From Heteronotia binoei (taxonomy: Eukaryota): a stretch of 64,000 nucleotides of DNA. The DNA is taken from positions 248,001-312,000 of the forward strand of contig NW_026800229.1 of the NCBI RefSeq assembly GCF_032191835.1, in the 5' to 3' direction. The notes beneath the pieces are model-generated. The model did not search any database. It was not told the DNA's origin and saw only the letters and a list, made by a program, of their open reading frames with translations. The position numbers were made by a program, and so were the translations under genes. Positions 1 through 8,930 of the stretch are shown one piece after another; position 1 is the first letter of the stretch, and the number at the start of each line of letters is the position of its first letter.

Positions 1-221
1 GAACAAAGCAGGGTTGAAACAAACTTCCTTTTTTTCTAATGGCAAACTATAATGGATGTTATAACATCTTGAGAAACCATGCTCTCTAAACTAACAAAGC
101 CAGAATGTTACCTAGATTTATGGCACTTTGCACCTACAACAGCAGTCTGCTTTGTATCACCCTCCAGTGTTGTCTCAGCCCTGCTTTGTCCTAACACTAA
201 CAGACACAGATCCCTATTTGT

Positions 222-515
222 GATTCTTTTAATCTGCTAAAAACATTCCCATGATTCTGCACTGCCCACTTATATTAAAAATTGCTGCTTCCATTCCCAT
301 TTTGTCTGATGAAGTCTGCTTAAGAGCACACGAAAGCTGACATTCTGAATAAGTTGGTCTTAAAGATGCACTTGTCTACCGCTTTGTCTACCGATTCTTT
401 TAATCTGCTAAAGACATTCCCATGATTCTACACTGCCCACTTATATTAAGAATTGCTGGGTCCATTCCCATTTTGTCTGATGAAGTCTGCTTAAGAGCAC
501 ACGAAAGCTTACATT
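222..515 (+). repeat. Penelope-like-element terminal repeat, 171-bp tandem pair, each with a minimal hammerhead ribozyme-like core
   Basis: Direct repeat with 171-bp offset. Each copy has CTGATGA (306-312; 477-483), a stem-loop GTCTGCT-TAAG-AGCACAC, then GAAAGCT (332; 503), matching the CUGANGA...GAAA hammerhead core and palindromic AGCT typical of PLE repeats. Confidence 0.6.
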
Positions 516-2569
516 ATTTAAAGTTGCTTTCTTTCCCCTCTCCCCACCTATTTGCCTTCCTTTCCTTCCTTCCCTCCCTCCTTCCTCTCTTGCGCTCTCG
601 GACATCTGGCATGGAGTCTCTGCGGCTCTTGCCTTGTGCCAGTTTGGCCGCCCCTGAGCGATCCTGAGGCTGCTAAGTCGCCGGCAACTCACGAGTCAAC
701 CTGCTGCAGCAGAGCCCAATTTGACCCCCAGGAGAAGGAGGAGGCATTCCTGCCCCCCCCCCCATCCCCTGTGCTCTTTTTGGTGGCTGAAAGAGCCCGC
801 GCGCGCGCCCGAGCATTACTTGCTCCACTGGGATGCCGCCCATGCATGTGCAGAGTGCGGACTTTCCACAGTGACAATCCCCCTCCCCGCCACCCCCTCA
901 CGGACCTTGCGCTCTTTCGACTACTGAAATCCCTCCCCCTCCTCCCGCATTCCCAGTTCAAGCTCGGCCCTGCTGCTTGCCTGCTCACGAGCAACTAGGG
1001 CACCCCCCCCCCCCCCCCCAGTCTCTGGGGCGCACGTGTGGCCTTTGCAATGTCTCGCTGGGTCCTGAGTCAAGCAGCGGGCGGGGGTGGGGTGGGGGAG
1101 CAAAGGGCAGCTGGGTCCCGACAAGAGAGGGCGGCGGGGGGGGGGGGCTGCCCAGAAAGGAGAATCGTGGTTCCTCCCACTGGCGACATGCAAGAGCTTG
1201 GGGGTTCGCTAGATAGAGCCGGAGTCCCCTTGGAGAAACAGGGGCCCCCCAGCCCGCCCTGCCCAGCAATATCTAGCCAGGCAGCTGGCTGCCAGTTGGC
1301 AAGTGCCGGATCTGGCCCTCCTGCGATCCAGCCTCCAGGCGGGGGGAGGGGGGTGGAGGAAAGCCCGCTTGGCCGAGGGCACCCAAAGGCGCCTTCTGTC
1401 CTCCTCCTCCCGGCGCGCATTTCTGCCATATATATTTTATTGGAATTTGGAAAAGTGGAGGGATCCGGGAATGGGAAGGGGAAAGGAGTCACACAGAATC
1501 CTGAGCATTCTTTCTCTGCATCACCAAAATGCATAATAATACTCTTAAGTTTTAACAAGTTTATAGCCTATCGATTATAGTCAATCGTTTGCTACTATTC
1601 CAGCACATCAAACTGGGGAATACATTCGAGAAGGGCCACAGGGGCATTCCACAAAATCAAGTTCGTGCGTGAAGCCATCCAGGAGGAGGAGGAGGTCCTT
1701 CCTGACTTGAGAACTCTGGGATCTCCAGTGGAGAGAACTGAGCGACAGGGGAGGAGGGAGGAAGCCCCCCGCCCCGCTCTGCCTGAGACCCTGGAGAGCT
1801 GCTTCCGCCGGAGCAGCCAGTGCTGACCTGGGTGGACCCACGAGAAGGCAGTCCTCTTCCCTCCTGGGGCCTGGGAAGGCGGCTTATAAACCCTGCCGCT
1901 GGCTTCGCTCTCCGGGTCTCCCTTCACCTGCAAGCTTCAGCTTCAGCCCAGAGAACCCCCAGCTCTGGGCGGTCCCTTGCTCAGCAGCTGCTCCTTGGGA
2001 GCCAAGGCGAAGGGGCCTTCCGAATCTGGGTGGTGGGTGGGAGTTCTGCCTGCTTCCCATCGAGGGCTTGGGATCCTCCCAGCCGCTGGGACTCTGCGGG
2101 GCTTTCGGGAACCAGCCGTGGGTGTTTCTCCCGATGTTCTGAGCCTGGGAGGCTGCTCTCTTTAGCAGGGAGAGCAGCTCCTCCTCCGCATGGGGCAGAG
2201 GCTGCTGTGGCGAGACCAGAGGCCTGGATTGGGCCAGGTGAGTTTCCAAGACAAGGGCACGAACCTCCTTGGAGCTGGTGCCATGAGGGATGCCCACTAG
2301 TGGGGCCGGGGTGGTCCAGCCAGGGCAGACCTCAGGAATGGGGGCACCTGCCCTCCAGGGTGGTCCAGGGGTGGGCAAGCCACAGACCGAGGCCTTGCTT
2401 CAAACTCAGAGTGGTTGCATTTGATGGCTGCTGGGTGAACAGACCCAGGTGGGGGACTTTGCTTAACCCCCACCCACTGTTTGGAGGCTAAATTATCTGA
2501 GTTAAACTGCGGAGGAGACAGAGGTGTGCGTTGCTGGGGCAGTGTCATGAAAACCCTGAGATGCTCTGA

Positions 2570-3090
2570 GAGCCAGTTTGGTGTCGTGGTTAAGTGCGCA
2601 GACTCTTATCTGGGAGAACCGAGTCTGAGTCCCCACTCCTCCACTTGCAGCTGCTGGAATGGCCTTGGGTCAGCCAGAGCTCTGGCAGTTGCTGTCCTTG
2701 AAAGGGCAGCTTCTGTCAGAGCACTCTCAGCCCCACTTTACTCACAGGGTGTCTGTTGTGTGGGGAGAAGATATAGGCGATTGTAAGCCACTCTGAGATT
2801 CAAAGAGAAGAGCAGAGTATAAATCTGCAGTCTTCTTCTTCTTAGGTAAAAAGACTCTTATCTGGGAGAACCGGGTTTGATTCCCCACTCCTCCACTTGC
2901 AGCTGCTGGCATGGCCTTGGGTCAGCCATAGCTCTCGCAGGAGTTTTCCTTGAAAGGGCAGTTTCTGTCAGAGCTCTCTCAGCCCTACCCACCTCACAGA
3001 GTGTCTGTTGTGGGGGAAGGTAAAGGAGATTATAAACTGCTCTGGGTCTCTGATTCAGAGAGAAGGGTGGGGTATAAATCTGCAGTCTCC
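2570..3090 (+). mobile_element. Two adjacent tRNA-derived Squam3-type SINE copies (second is 5'-truncated)
   Basis: A-box-like TGGTGTCGTGGTT, B-box-like GGTTTGATTCCC (second copy), L2-like tail CACAGGGTGTCTGTTGTG...GGTATAAAT followed by (CTT)n; same family recurs many times in the window. Confidence 0.75.
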
Positions 3091-3438
3091 TCCTCCTTCT
3101 CTTGCAGCGCAGCTTTTGCCTTAGCAAAAAAACCCCTCCCTCTTGATGCTGCGGTGCAGCCAACTTGTGGCTGAGTGAGGAGGGGGCTTTTCTGGAAAAG
3201 CTGGTCTTGGAGTCGCTTTGGAGGGCTCTGCTGCTGAGCACTGACTGGCACCTCTTGGGGAGGTGGTTAAATGTGGAGCCACTGGATCAGAATGCAGCCG
3301 TTTCACAAAACCTCTCTCTCGCTCTGTGCCTTCTAGGTGGGCAGCCGTGTTGGACTGGAGCAAGAGAACAGAGTAGGAGCCCAGGCAGGCGCCTTTAAGA
3401 CCAACCAAGTTTTATTCTGGGTAGAAGCTTTTGTGCAC

Positions 3439-4318
3439 TGTGGAGAAACGCCATCTGAGAGTGTTGGTGCTTCATCCAAAAAGGCAGGGATCAGTAAATC
3501 CATTCAGCCGGCTTTGTAGCCTTCCCCTCACTCCCCCCCTCCCTTCCAGAGCCAAACCAACAACGCTAGGGGGAAAGTCTCCTAGAGAAGCAGGAAGTGC
3601 TGTTGTTCTTGCCATGTGCTAGGCAGGAAGAGTTTCTCAGTTGGAAGCCAGCGCTCGAGCGAGCATGTGGTGAGCAATGGAGGCTCCTGCCAGTGGGGGA
3701 GGCCTGCTCAGGAAAATGAGGCCTCCAGGCAGGCAGACTAAGTAAGTACTTCACAAGACAGGGCAAGTTTAGATCAGGGCCAGCCGGATGCGTTTATAAT
3801 CAACTTTATTTTGTTATGCTGTTTGCTGTGCTGGGCTTTGCTGTGCTGGGCTGTGCTGTGCTAATTTTGTAGATGCAACTGCTTTTGTTTTGGTGTTTTT
3901 CTTTTCCTATATTTTTCTCTTTTAAATAAATGTTTTTTTCTGTTTTAAATACTGGCAATCTCTGTACCACATAGATCCCCAAACCGCTTTAGGCCACGCT
4001 GTTTTTGAGAAGGGGGCCCCGGGGAAGGAGGAAGGCATGCAGTTGGATAAGGTGCCAATCCTCCAGGGGTGCCCCAAAGAAGCGCTGAGGTCTCTGTGAA
4101 ACCCAAGTGCAGGGTGGCAGAGGACCTTGAGGCCTAGCCTCATAGCTGGAGAGGGGGATTGGGAGTCCTGTTCCTCTCAATCTGAACCCCGGGACTGAGC
4201 AGGTGGTGGCAGCGCGCCCAAGGGGAAGGAGGAGACATAGCTCCCTCCAGGAGTTGGCGACTCCATAGGGAGCTGACGGGACCGGGTCTGAAGGCAGAAT
4301 CGGGCCGGTTCCGCCACA
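3439..4318 (+). repeat. 5' LTR
   Basis: Starts TGTGGAGAAACGCC, ends CCGCCACA; AATAAA at 3925-3930; (GCTGT)n tract ~3815-3862. Confidence 0.92.
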
Positions 4319-4320
4319 CT

Positions 4321-4338
4321 TGGCGGCAGCGGTGGGAT
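4321..4338 (+). promoter_or_regulatory. Primer-binding site complementary to tRNA-Leu 3' end
   Basis: TGGCGGCAGCGGTGGGAT, 2 nt after the 5' LTR; one mismatch to the complement of vertebrate tRNA-Leu(AAG/TAG) 3' end (TGGTGGCAGCGGTGGGAT). Confidence 0.8.
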
Positions 4339-4467
4339 AAGAACAAACAGAGAACTTGATTGGCCAGGCATTTTTGGTTTTTGATACGTGCAAGCACCCA
4401 GAGAAAGCAACAGCGGTTTTGTTTTCTTTTCGGGTCAACTGGAGTAGGGAAAGTTTAGCTAGTTAGG

Positions 4468-6807
4468 ATGGAGCGTGCTAAGAAACTGGAAATCCTGAAG
4501 ATGACAAAGCCACAACTCCAGGAAGAGTGCGCAAAGCACAAGCTGGAGTGTGACAACATGACTGTAGTAGATATGAAACTCCTCCTGTTGGAGTATCATG
4601 AGCATGCAGGGGCACCTGCAAAAGTGGCCCCCACCCAGTCAGACGCAACCTTGCGGCTACAGATGGAACTGGAGAGAATGCGTATCGAGGCGGAACGAGA
4701 GAGAGAGGAACGACAAGCAGAGAGGGATGCAGTCCGCAGACAGGAGGAACGAGAGAGAGAGGAACGACAAGCAGAGAGGGATGCAGTCCGCAGACGGGAG
4801 GAAAGAGAGAGAGAGGAACGACAAGCAGAGAGGGATGCGATCCGCAGACAGGAAGAAGCAGAGATCCGCAGACGGGAACAGGAAGAGCAACGTCGCCATG
4901 AGCTTGAGGTGCTACGTATGGAAGCTGAACTAAGCAAAGAGATCCAAGTCACCCCCAAGGACTTTGCAGTGTACCAAGAGGGAGAAGACCCCTCCATGTA
5001 CCTCTCCAACTTTGAGAGGGCAGCCAAACAGTGGGGGATTGCAGAGGAGGACTATATGTCTTACCTCTGTAGCAACCTGACTGGAGAGCTTTCAGCCATC
5101 TATTACAGCATGCCTATGGAAGATGGGGGGATAACTTTTGCGGCCTATAAAGCCACTGTATTTAAAAGGTTTAAACTGGGGCCAGACCACTCCCGAAAGC
5201 AGTTCAGGGGTTTGGCTCCACAAGAAGGTAAATCCTATTCTGAATGTGGGGTAATGAAGGAACAAACAGTTCCAGTGTTATTGGGCCGGGATTTGGTGGT
5301 TGGCCAGTACCCTATCAAGGCTGTACCCCGCAGCCAAACCCCCAGGGGAAGGTGGGAGGAGGAAGGCAACTTTAAGGAAGCCACCTCACCACCAACCAGG
5401 GAGGGGGAAACAGCCCAGGTTACTGAGGACGAAGAGAGGGCAGTCACCAAGGAGGGGGAGGGCCAGCCTGTCTCAAGCCCTGGAGTAGGGTGTTCCCAAG
5501 GGGAAGAGGGGTGTAGCTTTCCCCAAGTGCAGCAAGAGGCTGTGGATGTTCCTAGCGAGGAAGGGAACCTGTCTAGCGTAAAGGATGTGCATCCTGAAGA
5601 GACCGAGGTGGAGAGTGGAGATTTCACAGGAGGTTCTGAGAGCAGCAAGGCTAATGTGGGCTCAGAGGAGCACATAGCTGAAGGCTTGGGGGAACGGGAG
5701 CGGTTCCAGAAGGGGGTCCGGAGTGGCCTTAGGTTGGAACCGGTTCACCAAGTAGCTGTGGATCAGGAAGTGGGATCGTCCGAGACGCTCTCAGAACAGG
5801 TTGTCTTGAAGCAGGGCAGACAGGAGTCCTGGGAAGCTGTGGGACCTTCCAGGCAAGAAGGGGGTCAGTTTGGTAGTGCTGAGAAACCAACCGAGGGGAC
5901 TGAGAACCCAAGCCAAACCCTCAGGGGAAGGTGGGGGGAGGAAGGCAACTTTAGGGAAGCCACCTCACCACCAATCAGGGAGGGGGAGGACCAGTCTGTC
6001 TCAAACCCTGCAGGAGGGTGTGCCCAATGGGAAGAGGGGTGCCAATTTCCACAAGGGCAGCAGTATGCTGTGGAGCGTTCCAGGCAGGAAGGAGCTCAGT
6101 TGGCTGACACTGAAAAACCAACTGAGGGGGCGGAGAACCCAGATCAAACTTTGGCTGAGGGTTCTGGAAACAGTGGGACTAGGGGTGGCTTGAAGGAACA
6201 GGTGACAGGAAGTCTGGGGGAGCCAGAAATGTTCCTGTCTGAGGTTCAAAGTGACCCTAGGCTGGATCCACTGTGTGAGGTGGCAAGGGACCAGAAAGTG
6301 GAGTTCTCAGAAGCTGAGACAGGGGATAGGGTGATGGTCTTCCTACCCCTTCATACTGGTGAATGGAAAGTGGAAGGGGAGGGACCCCATGTGATTGTGG
6401 ATGACCTAGACGAGGCTACTTATGGGGTGGCTATGGAGAAGACGGGAAAGGCAGTTGAAGTGGGGCAGGTGAATATCTCACAGCCATTCTCTGCGAGGTC
6501 CATGGTGTTGCACATAGGTAGGAAGGAAGGAGACACAAAGAAGCTGGGACAGCAATTGTTTGGAGCCCCAGAGGTAGTTTTCTGGGAGGACAGAGTGGAC
6601 AGAGGGAACATTCCACCAATGAGGGATAAAGAAGGAGCAACTGTGTGGGAACTGGGCAGTTTCCAACCCCATATGTGGGGCCAGGGATTTCCTCCTTTGA
6701 TGGACCCCTCACCCCAGCAACAGCAGCAACGGAGGGAGAGCACCAAACTCCAGAGGTGGTCCTGGGAGACGGAGGAGTACATCTTAAAGACGGGACATTC
6801 CTTCTGA
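4468..6807 (+). CDS. 779-aa chimeric retrotransposon ORF: Gag N-terminal part, start of SCAN/CA-CTD, protease C-terminal end, acidic spacer, integrase C-terminal GPY/F-like segment
   Basis: Helical N-terminus, E/R coiled-coil repeats, capsid-like FERAAKQWG...YKATVFKRFKLGPDHSRKQFR, then abruptly VPVLLGRDL (protease end), and GDRVMVFLP...EGPHVIV...TYGV...VGQVNISQPF (GPY/F-like). Uninterrupted frame. Confidence 0.8.
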   Translation: MERAKKLEILKMTKPQLQEECAKHKLECDNMTVVDMKLLLLEYHEHAGAPAKVAPTQSDATLRLQMELERMRIEAEREREERQAERDAVRRQEEREREERQAERDAVRRREEREREERQAERDAIRRQEEAEIRRREQEEQRRHELEVLRMEAELSKEIQVTPKDFAVYQEGEDPSMYLSNFERAAKQWGIAEEDYMSYLCSNLTGELSAIYYSMPMEDGGITFAAYKATVFKRFKLGPDHSRKQFRGLAPQEGKSYSECGVMKEQTVPVLLGRDLVVGQYPIKAVPRSQTPRGRWEEEGNFKEATSPPTREGETAQVTEDEERAVTKEGEGQPVSSPGVGCSQGEEGCSFPQVQQEAVDVPSEEGNLSSVKDVHPEETEVESGDFTGGSESSKANVGSEEHIAEGLGERERFQKGVRSGLRLEPVHQVAVDQEVGSSETLSEQVVLKQGRQESWEAVGPSRQEGGQFGSAEKPTEGTENPSQTLRGRWGEEGNFREATSPPIREGEDQSVSNPAGGCAQWEEGCQFPQGQQYAVERSRQEGAQLADTEKPTEGAENPDQTLAEGSGNSGTRGGLKEQVTGSLGEPEMFLSEVQSDPRLDPLCEVARDQKVEFSEAETGDRVMVFLPLHTGEWKVEGEGPHVIVDDLDEATYGVAMEKTGKAVEVGQVNISQPFSARSMVLHIGRKEGDTKKLGQQLFGAPEVVFWEDRVDRGNIPPMRDKEGATVWELGSFQPHMWGQGFPPLMDPSPQQQQQRRESTKLQRWSWETEEYILKTGHSF

Positions 6808-7001
6808 ATGCAGCAATGCGACTTGTTGGCCAGAAGGGACATGGGCACCTAGGGTGCTGGACTTTGTGTATTATTGGAGAAATACCTGAATGTTTGTGTA
6901 ATGTTTTGGTTAACGGGTTTCTCCTTGTTTGTTTGGATTCTGCTACGGGGTCACCTCTGTAGGAGGCAACCCCTCCGGCTCAGAATTTAAGGAGGGGGAC
7001 G

Positions 7002-7881
7002 TGTGGAGAAACGCCATCTGAGAGTGTTGGTGCTTCATCCAAAAAGGCAGGGATCAGTAAATCCATTCAGCCGGCTTTGTAGCCTTCCCCTCACTCCCCC
7101 CCTCCCTTCCAGAGCCAAACCAACAACGCTAGGGGGAAAGTCTCCTAGAGAAGCAGGAAGTGCTGTTGTTCTTGCCATGTGCTAGGCAGGAAGAGTTTCT
7201 CAGTTGGAAGCCAGCGCTCGAGCGAGCATGTGGTGAGCAATGGAGGCTCCTGCCAGTGGGGGAGGCCTGCTCAGGAAAATGAGGCCTCCAGGCAGGCAGA
7301 CTAAGTAAGTACTTCACAAGACAGGGCAAGTTTAGATCAGGGCCAGCCGGATGCGTTTATAATCAACTTTATTTTGTTATGCTGTTTGCTGTGCTGGGCT
7401 TTGCTGTGCTGGGCTGTGCTGTGCTAATTTTGTAGATGCAACTGCTTTTGTTTTGGTGTTTTTCTTTTCCTATATTTTTCTCTTTTAAATAAATGTTTTT
7501 TTCTGTTTTAAATACTGGCAATCTCTGTACCACATAGATCCCCAAACCGCTTTAGGCCACGCTGTTTTTGAGAAGGGGGCCCCGGGGAAGGAGGAAGGCA
7601 TGCAGTTGGATAAGGTGCCAATCCTCCAGGGGTGCCCCAAAGAAGCGCTGAGGTCTCTGTGAAACCCAAGTGCAGGGTGGCAGAGGACCTTGAGGCCTAG
7701 CCTCATAGCTGGAGAGGGGGATTGGGAGTCCTGTTCCTCTCAATCTGAACCCCGGGACTGAGCAGGTGGTGGCAGCGCGCCCAAGGGGAAGGAGGAGACA
7801 TAGCTCCCTCCAGGAGTTGGCGACTCCATAGGGAGCTGACGGGACCGGGTCTGAAGGCAGAATCGGGCCGGTTCCGCCACA
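7002..7881 (+). repeat. 3' LTR
   Basis: Copy of 3439-4318, preceded by the PPT and followed by TSD TGCAC. Confidence 0.92.
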
Positions 7882-7959
7882 TGCACAGTGACACACTCAG
7901 AATTAAACTTCGTTGGTCTTAAAGGCGCCTGGAGGAGGAGAGAGGAGGAGGAGGAGAAT

Positions 7960-8175
7960 TCATATTCTCCTTTTCACGACCTGAAGGAGTCTTGGAGTGG
8001 CTTATAATTACAATCGCCTTCCCTTCCTCTCCCCACAACAGACCCCCTGTGAGGTGGGTGGGGCTGAGAGAGTTCTGAGGCCACCCAGCTGGCTGCACGT
8101 GGGGGAGGAGTGCGGAACTAAACCCGGTTCTCCAGATTACAGCCTGCCACTCTTAACCCCTACACCAGGCTGGCT
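7960..8175 (-). mobile_element. Squam3-type SINE, diverged
   Basis: Reverse complement of the SINE body (CCCCACAACAGACCCCCTGTGAGG...CCCGGTTCTCCAGATT). Confidence 0.6.
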
Positions 8176-8419
8176 CTTTCTGAGGTCCAGTGACCAGAAC
8201 TGCAGAGTGTTCCAAATGAGGCCGCACCAGAGAGCTCTACAGGGGCCGTTTTATTCTCAGACCCTTTCCTGAGACTTTGCCCTTTTCACCGCCATAGCAC
8301 TCTCAGGTGACATTCCATTGAGCTGTCTGCTACAAACCCAGGCCTTGGGTGTTATTTGCTTCCTTTTCTCCTTCTGTGATCCCGCTCCATGATATTGCAT
8401 ATAGGTTGCCCTGGGCAGC

Positions 8420-8930
8420 CGGATTCCACGGTTTTATACTGTGCACAGTTCTGGTCACCACACCTCAAAAAGGATATTAAAGCATTGGGAAAAGCAGAGC
8501 AGAAAAGGGCAACTAGAATGATTAAAGGTTTGGAACACTTTCCCTACGAAGAAAGGTTGAAACGCTTGGGGCTCTTTAGCTTGGAGAAACATCAACTGCA
8601 AGGTGACATGATGGAGATTTACAAGATTATGCATGGGATGGAGAAGGTAGAGAAAGAAGTACTTTTCTCCCTTTCTCACAATACAAGAACTTGTGGGTAT
8701 TCGATGAAATTGCTGAGCAGTCGGGTTAGAACGGATAGAAGTAAGTCCTTCTTCACCCAAAGGGAATAACACGTGGAACTCACTGCCACAGGAGGTGGTG
8801 GCGTCTACAAGCATAGCCAGCTTCAAGAGGGGATTGGATAAAAATATGGAGCAGAGGTCCATTAGTGGCTATTAGCCACAGTATATATATATGTGTATAT
8901 ATATGTATACACACACACATATATTGGCCA
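8420..8930 (+). mobile_element. 5'-truncated CR1 LINE (ORF2 C-terminus and 3' UTR) leading into the 67-bp array
   Basis: YCAQFWSPHLKKDI...RATRMIKGLEHFPYEERLKRLGLFSLEK is the CR1 ORF2 C-terminus; 3' UTR with (TA/CA)n microsatellite. Confidence 0.9.

Larger units (their letters stand above)
3439..7881 (+). mobile_element. Non-autonomous Ty3/Gypsy (Gmr1-like) LTR retrotransposon with both LTRs
   Basis: LTRs 3439-4318 and 7002-7881 (880 bp, TG...CA, offset 3563; ORF-track translations inside the two LTRs are identical). TSD TGCAC at 3434-3438 and 7882-7886. PBS 4321-4338. Polypurine tract AAGGAGGGGGA at 6989-6999. No RT/RNase H or integrase core. Confidence 0.92.
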
